Assembly (NCBI GenBank): GCA_947450175.1
Contig: CANFUR010000001.1
Location: 406 to 64,405 of the forward strand
Direction: 5' to 3'
DNA from: Actinomycetota bacterium
Lineage (GTDB): Bacteria > Actinomycetota > Actinomycetes > Nanopelagicales > Nanopelagicaceae
Length of the DNA stretch: 64,000 nt
The position numbers were made by a program, and so were the translations under genes. Positions 10,405 through 21,021 of the stretch are shown piece by piece (within the stretch, counting starts at the first letter, position 1; each line of letters begins with the position of its first letter). The notes beneath the pieces were generated by a model that saw only the letters and a program-made list of their open reading frames with translations, searched no databases and was not told the origin of the DNA.

Positions 10405-11655
10405 ATGGGCAGCATGTTCTCGGCCTACACAACCTTATTTCGCACGCCGGGAGCGATGAAATTTTCTATTCCAGCATTAATCGGGCGCATGCCAATTTCA
10501 ATGGATTCATTAGCACTTATTTTTATCGTTGTAGCTGTTAGTGATTCTTACGCGCTGGCTGGAGCCCTGAGCGCCGTTGCATCCATAACTATCTCGATCT
10601 CTACTCCGTATTGGTCCAGGCTTTCCGATCGAATCGGGCAACGCACAATGCTGCTTCGAGTTATTCCGCTCAAGATTGCAGGGCTGTCTATATTCATTGC
10701 ACTAGTAATGAATCACGCTCCTATTTGGACATGGTTTGTCTCTATCATTTTTGCCGAACTCACTTCTGTAAATGTCGGTGGACTGGTGCGTCGACGCTGG
10801 TTGCATGTATTGAGCCCAGACAAATCAACAACTGCAGAAGTTGAGCGGGATAAGCATGTAGTAAATACGGCTTACTCTTACGAAGCCCTCATGGATGAGA
10901 TTGTCTTTATTGTGGGGCCAATCACGGCAACTGCATGTGCAACCTCAATTGCACCAGCAGCGGGATTAATTGCAGGAATGATTTTGATGTCCATTGGTAT
11001 GCCATTGTTTGCAATGCAACGCGTATCCGAACCTCCTCCATCACCCGTACGTACTAAAGATCCTCATCCCCCTGTAATCGGAATTCCAATTGTTCAGGCA
11101 ATCGCTCTAGCTACAACCTTTACCGGTGGATTTTTTGGCGCAATCTCTATCGTTGTTGTTGGTTTTTCCCAAAGCCAAGGTCACAAAGCTCAATCAGGTT
11201 TGCTGCTTGGTCTATGGGCATGTGGCAGCGCCGTGATGGCGATAGTAAATGGTTTAGTTAAATGGAAAGTTTCTTACACCGTGCGTTTCCTAATATTCCT
11301 AACCGCCCTTACAGTGCTTTCGATCCCTTTCATATTTGTGCATTCAATTTTCTGGCTAGCTATCGCCCTCTTCTTTAATGGATTTGCAATCGCACCTCTT
11401 GTTGTAAATGCCTATGGCGTTGTGCAGGAAGTTGTGCCGAGTGAGCAGATCACTGAATCATTTACGTGGGTTGTAGCCGGAATGCCACTGGGCGGTGCGT
11501 TATCTAGCGCACTTGGCGGTTGGGTAATCGATACGTACGGCGCACAAACTGCTTTTTGGGTGCCGCTGGGATTTATGTGTGCAGCATTATTAGCCACACT
11601 GCCCTTCTTTCGTGTTTATAAGGGGCTCATCCATTACTCTCTGAAGCGTGACTGA
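10405..11655 (+). CDS. MFS transporter
   Basis: 416-aa ORF with about 12 hydrophobic segments and no soluble domain. Confidence 0.7.
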   Translation: MGSMFSAYTTLFRTPGAMKFSIPALIGRMPISMDSLALIFIVVAVSDSYALAGALSAVASITISISTPYWSRLSDRIGQRTMLLRVIPLKIAGLSIFIALVMNHAPIWTWFVSIIFAELTSVNVGGLVRRRWLHVLSPDKSTTAEVERDKHVVNTAYSYEALMDEIVFIVGPITATACATSIAPAAGLIAGMILMSIGMPLFAMQRVSEPPPSPVRTKDPHPPVIGIPIVQAIALATTFTGGFFGAISIVVVGFSQSQGHKAQSGLLLGLWACGSAVMAIVNGLVKWKVSYTVRFLIFLTALTVLSIPFIFVHSIFWLAIALFFNGFAIAPLVVNAYGVVQEVVPSEQITESFTWVVAGMPLGGALSSALGGWVIDTYGAQTAFWVPLGFMCAALLATLPFFRVYKGLIHYSLKRD

Positions 11656-12430
11656 GCTTAGGTTAAACGGCAAGAACGAGGACGGAACCCATCTGTCTCT
11701 ACATGATAATGATGGAACCGAATTCACTCTTCGCATAAGTGACACATTACGTGCCACAGTAAATCAACCTCGTCTGAGTGCAGTTCCTGAACAAGAAACT
11801 GAAACTATTTCAATTAAGGAAATTCAACGACGTTTGCGTGCAGGTGAACTTGCCGAAGAGTTAGCCCGAGAAAATAATATTTCAATTGAAAAAGTCGAAC
11901 GTTTTTCTGGTCCAATTTTGCAAGAACGTATCTACATTATTGATCAAGCCCAGCAGGTTCCAATCCGCAAAGAAGGCGGTCGCGATCCAGTTAACCTATT
12001 GGGTGTTGTAGTTTCACGACTTGCTCCACGCAATATTGATCTTTCAGATTTATCGTGGAACACATGGCGACATGAAGATGGAACTTGGACAGTTGAACTC
12101 CATTACCCCAATTCAAGCGGTGTTGGAATTGCACAATGGAACTTTGACACTTCTCGTCGCACGCTTGCTTCTATGGATGAAAATGCGCGATGGATGATGG
12201 GCGATGAACCGCCAGCACGTCAGATGCCTGCACCTGGTCTTGTGTATTCAGATTCAAATCACCCTTCACTGCGCGAAGAATTCACTCCCGCTCCAGAAGT
12301 TCCACGCTTGGCAGTCATTCGTGAACTTCCAGATGACGAGGCAGCGCGCGATGGGGTGGTTGCACGAGCAAAAGTTCCAAGCTGGGATGAAATTATGTTT
12401 GGCATTAAGCCAAACGAAGATCAAGAATAA
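11648..12430 (+). CDS. sepH: septation protein SepH (DUF3071 family)
   Basis: The N-terminal region parallels Streptomyces/Mycobacterium SepH as remembered (ELRL..DGT, DGTEFTLRISDTLRA, IQRRLRAG, IEKVERFSGPILQER, WNTWRHEDGTWTV). The GTG start overlaps the MFS stop. Confidence 0.8.
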   Translation: MTELRLNGKNEDGTHLSLHDNDGTEFTLRISDTLRATVNQPRLSAVPEQETETISIKEIQRRLRAGELAEELARENNISIEKVERFSGPILQERIYIIDQAQQVPIRKEGGRDPVNLLGVVVSRLAPRNIDLSDLSWNTWRHEDGTWTVELHYPNSSGVGIAQWNFDTSRRTLASMDENARWMMGDEPPARQMPAPGLVYSDSNHPSLREEFTPAPEVPRLAVIRELPDDEAARDGVVARAKVPSWDEIMFGIKPNEDQE

Positions 12431-12441
12431 AACTTCAAAAC

Positions 12442-13554
12442 TTAACTAAGTGAGGTTGTAAGTAAAGCGACTTGAGATTCAATCTCACTATTTCCACCAT
12501 GATGGCCAACCATTGCACCTTCTTTTTCGGCGCGTTCTGGATCTAATAAAACAACTCCGGCTTGGGCGATTGCAATAACATCACCCATACGATCAAGTGA
12601 ATTAGCAGTTACGTCTGCGCCAAATAAATTAACTGTTATGGCACCTTCACGCGTTAGGACGTTCGCACGATTTCCTAAAAACTCTTGCCATCTTCGGCAA
12701 ACTTCTATGCGAGCACTGGCACTGTCTTGTTCGGGTGATAAGTAAAGGTGTCGGGCACGAGGCTCTCCAGCGATAACAGATATGCCTTCTAATAATGGAT
12801 TTTCTTGGCCAATAACTATCTTCTCTTCCACATTTACCATTCCATGATCTGAAGTTAGCCAAATACGGGTTCCCTTTGGCATCTCTTTCATCAGGTTAGA
12901 AAACATCTGATCAATCACTGAAAGCGCGGCTAACCACTTATCACTACCTACTCCATCACTATGACCAGCTGCATCTAAGTCATTGACGTATAAGTAGACA
13001 AATGAAGGCGTTTTTTGCAGCGCCGTCTTAGTTTCGGCAATTAAATCTGTAGAAACGTTTGCGCCTTTGTACTGTGCCCCACGAAAAACAGCACGAGTAA
13101 ATCCAGAGTTTTCATATCGCTTTGCTGCAACATGAGTCACATTAATATTTTCAGCTATTGCGCGTTCAAATAAAGTTGGTACAGGTTGCCAATTCATAGG
13201 GTCAACTCGCTCATCCCACTTGAGAGCATTAAGAATTCGGCCACCACTGCGGGGAACTTGTACGGTATAGCCCAACATTCCGTGTACTCCTGGCAAAGTT
13301 CCGGTTGTTAATGTTGCTAAAGAAGTTGCAGTTGTAGAAGGAAAAGATGTTTGAATGGTTCCAAAATTTGTCAGTCTAGAAATCGTTGGCATTGCATCGC
13401 CATACTTTTCAATAATATCTGCACCAAAACCATCAATAAGAAATAAAAGCTCACGCCCACTGGGTGAGGGACCAACCTTTAAGTGGTCCTCGGCAGTTGT
13501 TAGCCCCAAGGATGAAAAAATCGATGGAGTTATCTGGGATAAATGCACGTTCAT
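12442..13554 (-). CDS. alkaline phosphatase superfamily protein (nucleotide pyrophosphatase/phosphodiesterase-like)
   Basis: 370 aa with metal-site-like motifs LIDGFGAD, FPSTTATS, DLDAAGHSDG and LTSDHGM. Confidence 0.7.
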   Translation of the reverse strand: MNVHLSQITPSIFSSLGLTTAEDHLKVGPSPSGRELLFLIDGFGADIIEKYGDAMPTISRLTNFGTIQTSFPSTTATSLATLTTGTLPGVHGMLGYTVQVPRSGGRILNALKWDERVDPMNWQPVPTLFERAIAENINVTHVAAKRYENSGFTRAVFRGAQYKGANVSTDLIAETKTALQKTPSFVYLYVNDLDAAGHSDGVGSDKWLAALSVIDQMFSNLMKEMPKGTRIWLTSDHGMVNVEEKIVIGQENPLLEGISVIAGEPRARHLYLSPEQDSASARIEVCRRWQEFLGNRANVLTREGAITVNLFGADVTANSLDRMGDVIAIAQAGVVLLDPERAEKEGAMVGHHGGNSEIESQVALLTTSLS

Positions 13555-13585
13555 ATCTTCTCATTACATCGGCTAAGGTTGACCC

Positions 13586-14485
13586 ATGAAGAGTGCAATT
13601 AAATACTCAGCCGAAGTTTCGGCTGCAATTGCAGCAGGTAAGCCGATAGTTGCACTCGAATCAACGATTATCAGCCATGGATTGCCTCGTCCGTCAAATC
13701 TTGCTGTTGCCCAAGAATGCGAACGCATTATTCGAGAGCGTGGAGCAGTCCCGGTCACAATCGCTCTATTAGATGGCGTAGTGCATGTTGGCCTTGAATC
13801 CGACGAACTCGATGCAATTGCAAACCGGGATGATATTTCTAAAGCATCTTCCCGTGATTTGGCCATCATTATTGCTCAAGGAAAAAGTGCAGCAACCACT
13901 GTTGCAGCCACAGCACATATTGCAGCAATGGCAGGCATAAAAGTTTTTGCAACTGGAGGTTTAGGTGGCGTCCACCGCGGAGCTAATGAATCCTTTGATG
14001 AATCTGCAGACCTTACTGCTCTGTCCCAGTTAGATATGACTGTTGTATGTGCCGGCGTTAAATCAATTCTTGATGTCCATGCCACGTTAGAGCGCCTCGA
14101 GACTCTTGCCATTGCAATTGTGGGCTACAAAACTAATCGCTTCCCTGGTTTTTACTTAACTGATTCAGGCTTTAAAATTGAGCATCGTGTTGATTCGGCC
14201 GAAGAAATCGCATCAATTATCAAGGCACGCAGTGACGTGCATACCGCCAACCGCGCTTTGATTGTTACTAATCCAGTTGCTGTTCAGATGGATAAATCAC
14301 GCCATGATCAAATTCTGGCATCTGGCCTTGCTAATGCAGTGCGCGATGGAATTGATGGCAAGTATGTAACTCCTTATCTACTAGAACATTTCCACACTGC
14401 AAGCCAAGGTGAATCACTTGCAATTAACACTGAAATTATTAAATCAAACTGCGCACTTGCCGCAGATATTGCGGTGGCGCTGTAA
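13586..14485 (+). CDS. psuG: pseudouridine-5'-phosphate glycosidase
   Basis: 299 aa with IndA/PsuG motifs (GKPIVALESTIISHGLPRP, FATGGLGGVHRG). Confidence 0.9.
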   Translation: MKSAIKYSAEVSAAIAAGKPIVALESTIISHGLPRPSNLAVAQECERIIRERGAVPVTIALLDGVVHVGLESDELDAIANRDDISKASSRDLAIIIAQGKSAATTVAATAHIAAMAGIKVFATGGLGGVHRGANESFDESADLTALSQLDMTVVCAGVKSILDVHATLERLETLAIAIVGYKTNRFPGFYLTDSGFKIEHRVDSAEEIASIIKARSDVHTANRALIVTNPVAVQMDKSRHDQILASGLANAVRDGIDGKYVTPYLLEHFHTASQGESLAINTEIIKSNCALAADIAVAL

Positions 14486-15367
14486 ATGAAAAAGATCCTA
14501 TGTATAGGTGATTTAGCTCTTGACGTTATTTCGCAGCTCAAAGAGCCCATTAACTATGGAAATGACACTGCAAGTCGCATTAGTAGTCACCCTGGTGGGC
14601 AAGCGGCAAATGTTGCAACGTGGATCACTAGGACACACTCAAAATCACAGTTGGTAGCCCGTGTAGGAAATGATCCTGTGGGATTCGCGCTTATTTCAGA
14701 TTTAGATAAATACGGCGTAGAACATATGAATTTAATGCACTCTGGGCGCCCAACTGGCGTCGTTGTAATTTTGGTTGATTCCAATGGTGAGCGCACAATG
14801 TTTCCAGATAATGGCGCAAACGCTGACCTCGAGCTAAGTGATCTACCTCCACTAGATGATGTAGACGGCGTCTATTTGAGTGGTTATGCATTACTAGATT
14901 TCCGTAGCCGTGATGCTGTTCTAACAATGATTAAGAAAATTAAAGCCGCAGGAAAGCCAATATATTTTGATCCCACAACAACTGGCGCAATGAAGATTGT
15001 TACTCGCGACGAAGTTTTGTCCTGGGTCGCTTTGATGGATGGCATCTTGCTCAACTCTGAAGAAGCTCTCTATCTTGGGGATGCAACAGATGTTGAAAGC
15101 GCAGAAAAGAATTTGACTGCTTACACGCCACTCGTTGTTATTAAGTTAGGTTCTCGCGGTGCAATGGCTGTTCACAACGGCACAATTGCAAAAGTGTCTG
15201 CCGTCACTACCAGTGTGGTTGATACAACTGGTGCTGGAGATTCATTTGCTGCTGGATTTATTCCAAAGTGGCTGGAAACAAATGATTTAGAAGCCGCGCT
15301 TTCTGCCGGAACTGCACTAGCTGCAAAGTGTGTTGCAGCTGTTGGGGCGCGCCCTCCCCTAGATTAA
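14486..15367 (+). CDS. psuK: PfkB-family carbohydrate kinase, probable pseudouridine kinase
   Basis: Ribokinase-like fold with a C-terminal DTTGAGDSF motif. Its ATG follows the psuG stop directly (TAAATG). Confidence 0.7.
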   Translation: MKKILCIGDLALDVISQLKEPINYGNDTASRISSHPGGQAANVATWITRTHSKSQLVARVGNDPVGFALISDLDKYGVEHMNLMHSGRPTGVVVILVDSNGERTMFPDNGANADLELSDLPPLDDVDGVYLSGYALLDFRSRDAVLTMIKKIKAAGKPIYFDPTTTGAMKIVTRDEVLSWVALMDGILLNSEEALYLGDATDVESAEKNLTAYTPLVVIKLGSRGAMAVHNGTIAKVSAVTTSVVDTTGAGDSFAAGFIPKWLETNDLEAALSAGTALAAKCVAAVGARPPLD

Positions 15368-15392
15368 GCAACTCTCTTGGCAGAATGCTCCA

Positions 15393-16925
15393 ATGGCAAC
15401 TGCGAAGACTCCCGCGAAAACTGCGGCAAAAGGTAAAAAACCCCTCGGTCCAAAGCCTGGTGAATATCCAGGCAAGATCGTAGACATCGATGTATCTAAA
15501 GAAGTTTCTGAATCATTTCTTGAATACGCATACTCAGTAATTTATTCACGTGCCCTGCCTGATGCACGTGATGGTCTAAAGCCAGTTCACCGTCGCATCT
15601 TGCATCAGATGGCAGATATGGGTCTTCGCCCAGAACGTGGGCATGTAAAGAGCGCACGTGTTGTTGGTGAAGTAATGGGTAAATTGCACCCTCACGGAGA
15701 TGGTGCAATTTATGACGCACTTGTTCGTATGGCCCAATCTTTTTCAATGCGCTTGCCACTAATCGATGGCCACGGAAACTTTGGCTCACTCGATGCCGGT
15801 CCTGCAGCGATGCGTTATACCGAAGCACGTCTTGCTAGCGCCGCTATGGCGATGGTGGCTGAAGCTGATGAAGACACAGTTGATTTTGGTCCCAACTACG
15901 ATGGACAACTCTCAGAACCTTTAGTTCTACCTGCTGCATATCCCAACCTTTTAGTTAATGGAGGATCAGGTATCGCAGTAGGTATGGCCACCAACATGGC
16001 TCCCCATAACTTGGGCGAAGTTATCGCGGCGACAAAGTTTTTAATTGAAAACCCAACCGCCACTATTAAGCAGCTTATGAAATTTGTTCCAGGTCCAGAT
16101 TTTCCAACCGGTGGTGAAATCGTCGGCCTTGAAGGTGTGCGCGAGGCATATGCCACTGGCAAGGGGTCATTTAAAGTTCGCGCCAGTGTTGAAATTGAAA
16201 AAGTTACTTCACGCAAAATGGGAATTGTTATCAAAGAACTTCCCTTCACTATCGGACCTGAAAAGGTAGTAGAGCGTATTGCCGCCCTTGTTAAATCTAA
16301 GAAAATTGCCGGCATTAGCGACATTATCGATCTCACCGATGGGCAGACAGGCACCAATGTAGTCATCGAAATTAAAAACGGTTTCGAGCCTGAAGCGGTT
16401 CTAGAACAGCTGTATTCACTAACCCCGATGGAAGATGCTTTCTCAATTAACGCCGTGGCCCTGGTTAAAGGCAAGCCACAGACTTTGGGATTAAAGGAAC
16501 TTCTGAAAGTATTTATCGAGCACCGCATCGAAGTTGTGCGCCGTCGCAGTGAATACCGCAAAGCTAAAGCTGAAGGACGTTTAACTCTGGTTGATGGATT
16601 GCTCAAAGCAATTATCGATATCGATAAGGTCATCAAAATCATTCGAGCCAGTGATGATGCAGCATCTGCGAAGGAAAAGTTGATGAAGGACTTTAAGTTA
16701 AACGATGAGCAAACAACATACATCTTGGACATGCCACTTCGTCGTTTAACTAAGATGAGCAAACTTGAACTTGAAACTGAGCAAAAGGAACTTAAAGCCA
16801 CTATTGCTGAGTTAACTAAACTGCTCAAGAGCGAAGATGCGATCAAAGCACAGGTTTCAGATGAATTAACTGCCGTTGGTAAGTCATTTGCTACGCCGCG
16901 AAAAACTCGAATTGGCGCTGCCTAA
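15393..16925 (+). CDS. parC: type IIA topoisomerase subunit A (ParC/GyrA-like) consisting only of the breakage-reunion domain; no C-terminal beta-pinwheel domain
   Basis: 510 aa with GyrA/ParC N-terminal motifs (ALPDARDGLKPVHRRIL, HPHGDGAIYDALVRMAQ, catalytic Tyr in AAMRYTEARL). The ORF stops right after FATPRKTRIGAA, and the ABC-F gene starts 22 nt later. Confidence 0.85.
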   Translation: MATAKTPAKTAAKGKKPLGPKPGEYPGKIVDIDVSKEVSESFLEYAYSVIYSRALPDARDGLKPVHRRILHQMADMGLRPERGHVKSARVVGEVMGKLHPHGDGAIYDALVRMAQSFSMRLPLIDGHGNFGSLDAGPAAMRYTEARLASAAMAMVAEADEDTVDFGPNYDGQLSEPLVLPAAYPNLLVNGGSGIAVGMATNMAPHNLGEVIAATKFLIENPTATIKQLMKFVPGPDFPTGGEIVGLEGVREAYATGKGSFKVRASVEIEKVTSRKMGIVIKELPFTIGPEKVVERIAALVKSKKIAGISDIIDLTDGQTGTNVVIEIKNGFEPEAVLEQLYSLTPMEDAFSINAVALVKGKPQTLGLKELLKVFIEHRIEVVRRRSEYRKAKAEGRLTLVDGLLKAIIDIDKVIKIIRASDDAASAKEKLMKDFKLNDEQTTYILDMPLRRLTKMSKLELETEQKELKATIAELTKLLKSEDAIKAQVSDELTAVGKSFATPRKTRIGAA

Positions 16926-16947
16926 CCTCTAGCCGTTAAACTACGGC

Positions 16948-18546
16948 GTGATTTCAACCCAAGCGCTAGAACTTCGAGCAGGTGCTCGCCTACTTGTTAA
17001 AGGCGTAACTGTGCGTATTAATAGCGGTGACCGCATCGGTTTTGTCGGACGCAATGGTGCAGGTAAATCAACTCTCGCAAAAGTTTTAGCTGGCGAAACA
17101 ATGCCAGCAGGTGGCGCAGTTAATCGCACCGGAAAAATTGGTTACCTCCCGCAAGATCCCCGCACTGGTGATGAACCAGGCACAGTTATTGAACGTATTC
17201 TCTCTGCCCGCGATTTAGATCAAATCACTCACCGCATGCGCGCAGTTGAAGAAGAGATGGCAACTGCCCAAGATGAGGCGCTAGAAAAAGCAATGGAGCG
17301 TTACACCCGTGTTGAACATGAGTTCAGTGCAGCAGGTGGATATGCCGCAACCGCTGAAGCCGAAGCGATTGCAACCTCACTTGGAGTTACCGAAGCCGTC
17401 TTTGGTCATGAACTTTCAACTCTTTCAGGTGGTCAGCGCCGCCGTATTGAACTTGCACGCATTCTCTTTAGCGGCGCCGAAACGCTACTGCTGGATGAGC
17501 CAACGAACCACTTAGATGCTGATTCGATCATGTGGCTACGCGAGTTTTTAGCTAAATACTCTGGCGGCCTTGTGATTATTTCCCACGATGTGAACTTGAT
17601 CGAAACCGTTGTAAACAAAGTTTTCTACCTCGATGCCAACCGCAACGTAATTGATGTCTATAACTTAGGCTGGAAGGCATACCTGCTCCAGCGTGAACAA
17701 GATGAGCATCGCCGTAAGAAAGAACGCGCTAACGCCGAAAAGCGTGCAGAGATTTTGCAGAAACAGGGCGAGAAGATGCGGGCAAAGGCATCAAAGGCAA
17801 CTGCAGCTCAAGGCATGTTACGTCGTGCTGAAAAACTTCGCAGTGGTCTTGAAGATGTTCGCGTTAACGACAAAGTCGCACGTCTGCGTTTTCCTACCCC
17901 TGCCCCATGTGGCAAGACGCCGTTATCTGGGGAAGAGCTTTCAAAATCCTATGGATCTCTCGAAATCTTTACCGACGTCTCATGTGTTATTGATAAAGGT
18001 TCTCGCGTTGTAATCCTTGGCCTCAACGGTGCAGGTAAGACAACGTTACTTAGAATTCTGGCCGGCGAACTTGAATCTGATACTGGAAAAGTTGAACACG
18101 GTCATGGTTTAAAAATTGGTTACTACGCCCAGGAACATGAATCACTCGACTTTGAACGCACAGTTCTTGAAAACATGATGTCGGCAACCCCTGATTTACG
18201 CGAACCTGAAGCCCGAAATACTTTGGGTTCATTCCTTTTCATCGGCGATGATGTGCACAAACCTGTAAAGGTTTTATCAGGTGGAGAGCGAACTCGTTTG
18301 GCCTTAGCTGTGCTTGTAGTTTCAGCTGCCAACGTATTACTTCTTGATGAGCCAACAAATAACTTAGACCCAGCTTCGCGTGCAGAAATCCTTGGCGCAC
18401 TTTCTGAATATCAAGGCTCAGTAATCATGGTTTCTCACGATGAAGGCGCAGTTCAATCTCTTAAGCCAGAGCGGGTTATTTTATTGCCAGATGGCGATGA
18501 AGATCTGTGGAAAGACGAGTACTTCGACTTAGTTTCAATCGACTAA
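16948..18546 (+). CDS. ABC-F family ATPase (two ABC cassettes, no TM domain)
   Basis: GRNGAGKST/LSGGQRRR/LLLDEPTNHLD and GLNGAGKTT/LSGGERTR/LLLDEPTNNLD, separated by a charged linker; GTG start. Confidence 0.9.
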   Translation: MISTQALELRAGARLLVKGVTVRINSGDRIGFVGRNGAGKSTLAKVLAGETMPAGGAVNRTGKIGYLPQDPRTGDEPGTVIERILSARDLDQITHRMRAVEEEMATAQDEALEKAMERYTRVEHEFSAAGGYAATAEAEAIATSLGVTEAVFGHELSTLSGGQRRRIELARILFSGAETLLLDEPTNHLDADSIMWLREFLAKYSGGLVIISHDVNLIETVVNKVFYLDANRNVIDVYNLGWKAYLLQREQDEHRRKKERANAEKRAEILQKQGEKMRAKASKATAAQGMLRRAEKLRSGLEDVRVNDKVARLRFPTPAPCGKTPLSGEELSKSYGSLEIFTDVSCVIDKGSRVVILGLNGAGKTTLLRILAGELESDTGKVEHGHGLKIGYYAQEHESLDFERTVLENMMSATPDLREPEARNTLGSFLFIGDDVHKPVKVLSGGERTRLALAVLVVSAANVLLLDEPTNNLDPASRAEILGALSEYQGSVIMVSHDEGAVQSLKPERVILLPDGDEDLWKDEYFDLVSID

Positions 18547-20621
18547 GCGTCGATATGTTCGCGATCGATTTCGGCGTTAGCGATAAATTCTTTACGAGGA
18601 GCAACATCACTTCCCATTAGTAATTCAAACATCGCTTCTGCAGCTGTTGCATCTGAGACAGTGATGCGGCGCAATGTGCGGGCATCTGGTTCCATCGTCG
18701 TTTCGCGAAGTTGATCTGCATCCATTTCGCCCAGACCTTTGTATCGCTGAATTGGTTCTTTCCAACGCTTTCCAGACTTCTTCAAATCTGCAGTAATTTT
18801 CTTCATCTCATCATCACTATATGTGTAGATGTATTCGCCCTTCTTGCCTCCCCCGCCCATAACTTCAATACGGTGCAGAGGTGGGATGGCAGCAAATACG
18901 CGGCCAGCATCAATGAGCGGGCGCATATAGCGATACATCAAAGTAAGTAGCAAGCAGCGGATATGTGCACCATCAACATCAGCATCTGACATCAAAATAA
19001 TGCGGCCATAACGCGCTTCCTCTAGATCAAAAGATTTTCCAGAGCCGGCACCAATTACCTGAATGATGGATCCGCACTCTTTATCTTCAAGCATCTGGGA
19101 CAACGAAGCTTTTTGAACGTTAAGAATCTTGCCTCGAATAGGCAGAATTGCCTGGAACTCAGAGTTACGCGCTGCCTTGGTTGTGCCTAGCGCCGAATCA
19201 CCTTCAACAATAAAGAGTTCTGTGCGAGTGACATCTTCTGATCGGCAATCTGATAATTTTGTTGGAAGAGACGATGATTCCAATGCGTTCTTTCGGCGCT
19301 GCAAATCTTTGTGGGCACGGGCACTGATGCGGGTACGAGAAGCTGCGGCTATCTTTTCAAGGACTACACGGCCATTAGCTTTATCAATGCGCTTAGAAGT
19401 ATTGAAATACTCTTTCATCTTTTCGGCAACAACGGCAGAAACTATTCGAGTTGCGGCAGCTGTTCCCAAAACTTCTTTGGTCTGACCCTCGAACTGTGGT
19501 TCAGACATTCGAACTGTCACGACGGCGGTTAAGCCTTCAATAACATCATCTTTAATTACATCGATTTCTTTATTAGCAAGAGTCTTAGTAGAACGCAAAG
19601 CTTCGTTAACGACTTTGACCAGTGCGCGCTCAAAGCCCAAAACGTGGGTTCCACCTTTTGGCGTTGCAATGATGTTTACGAATGAGCGCTGTGTGGTTTC
19701 AAAACCATTGCCCCACTTCATGGCGATATCAACTTCCATATCGCGCTCAACTTCAGTAGAGACCATGTGTCCCTTGTCATCCAAAACTGGGACTGTTTCT
19801 TGGTAATGACCCGTGCCATAGATACGTATTACATCGCCAACAGCCTCATCTGGCTGTAGAAAATTACAATACTCAGTGATTCCACTTTTGTGGAAGAAAG
19901 TTTCTGTCGTCTTTGTCTTGGTGCGATTGTCATTAACAATCAAAGTAAGACCTGGAACTAGATAAGAAGTCTGGCGGGCACGATCATAGATATCTTCTAA
20001 ATCAAGTTCAGCTTCTTTAAGAAAAATCTGGCGATCACTCCACCACTTAATGCGGGTGCCAGTTACTTTGTTAGAAATCTTTCCAATGACACGCAATCCT
20101 GATTTTGGCTCAAAAGTAGCTTTTGGTCCGTCGCCATCAAAAATTCCAGCAACTCCGCGTTGGAATGACATCCAATAAATTTTTCCGTCACGATCAACTT
20201 CGGCATCAAGACGAGAAGCCAGTGCGTTCACTACTGAAGCACCTACACCGTGCAAACCACCAGATGCTGCGTATGAACCACCACCAAATTTTCCACCGGC
20301 ATGTAATTTTGTTAATACGACTTCAACTCCAGTTAAACCAGTTTTAGGTTCTTTATCTACCGGAATTCCGCGACCATCATCATGGACTTCAACAGAACCA
20401 TCGGATTCGAGGTTAATTTCAATTTTCTTGCAATGTCCAGCCAAAGCTTCATCTACAGAGTTATCGATAATTTCCCATAAGCAGTGCATGAGGCCACGTG
20501 AATCTGTGGAGCCGATATACATACCTGGGCGTTTACGGACTGCATCAAGACCCTCAAGAACAGCCAAATCTTTTGCGGTATAGCTATCTTGCACATTTGT
20601 CGCAATATCTTTTTCGGCCAC
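18543..20621 (-). CDS. parE: type IIA topoisomerase subunit B (ParE/GyrB-like)
   Basis: 692 aa with a GHKL ATPase (EIIDNSVDE, GGLHGVGASVVNALAS) and a Toprim domain (LFIVEGDSA, LMSDADVDGAHI). Confidence 0.85.
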   Translation of the reverse strand: MAEKDIATNVQDSYTAKDLAVLEGLDAVRKRPGMYIGSTDSRGLMHCLWEIIDNSVDEALAGHCKKIEINLESDGSVEVHDDGRGIPVDKEPKTGLTGVEVVLTKLHAGGKFGGGSYAASGGLHGVGASVVNALASRLDAEVDRDGKIYWMSFQRGVAGIFDGDGPKATFEPKSGLRVIGKISNKVTGTRIKWWSDRQIFLKEAELDLEDIYDRARQTSYLVPGLTLIVNDNRTKTKTTETFFHKSGITEYCNFLQPDEAVGDVIRIYGTGHYQETVPVLDDKGHMVSTEVERDMEVDIAMKWGNGFETTQRSFVNIIATPKGGTHVLGFERALVKVVNEALRSTKTLANKEIDVIKDDVIEGLTAVVTVRMSEPQFEGQTKEVLGTAAATRIVSAVVAEKMKEYFNTSKRIDKANGRVVLEKIAAASRTRISARAHKDLQRRKNALESSSLPTKLSDCRSEDVTRTELFIVEGDSALGTTKAARNSEFQAILPIRGKILNVQKASLSQMLEDKECGSIIQVIGAGSGKSFDLEEARYGRIILMSDADVDGAHIRCLLLTLMYRYMRPLIDAGRVFAAIPPLHRIEVMGGGGKKGEYIYTYSDDEMKKITADLKKSGKRWKEPIQRYKGLGEMDADQLRETTMEPDARTLRRITVSDATAAEAMFELLMGSDVAPRKEFIANAEIDREHIDA

Positions 20622-20805
20622 GGGGCGAAAGGTTATCGCCCACCACCCCGTATCACCTGCAAGCGCGCCGAAACCATCTCAGATACTGGAAATATCGATA
20701 ATTACAGTGAGAATTGCAGAAAATAAATTACTTTTAACAAGCGGGGAATATCCAGACATGGTTTGATGTTCCATAGCAAGTAGGACACTAAGAACGGAGA
20801 GAGAT

Positions 20806-21021
20806 ATGTCAGAACAATTGATGCTCGAATCAGTACCTCTTAACGCCCTTGACCGCTGTGATCGATGCGGAGCGCAGGCTTATGTGCGCGCAGTTCTTCT
20901 CAACGGCGGAGAACTCATGTTCTGTGCCCACCATGGCAAGGAATATGCCGAAAAGCTAAAAGTAGTAGCGGCTAAGATTATCGATGAGAGTGAAAAACTC
21001 GTCGAGACTCCTGCCAACTAA
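20806..21021 (+). CDS. small conserved actinobacterial Cys/His protein (DUF7455-like)
   Basis: 71 aa with DRCDRCGAQAYV ... MFCAHHG. The family is remembered as lying near the principal sigma factor gene. Confidence 0.55.
   Translation: MSEQLMLESVPLNALDRCDRCGAQAYVRAVLLNGGELMFCAHHGKEYAEKLKVVAAKIIDESEKLVETPAN

Noticed and set aside
15896-16846. 316-aa ORF antisense to parC
   Set aside because: It lies entirely inside a well-supported topoisomerase gene. Its translation is Ser/Leu/Ile-rich low-complexity with no motifs, so it is a typical shadow ORF.
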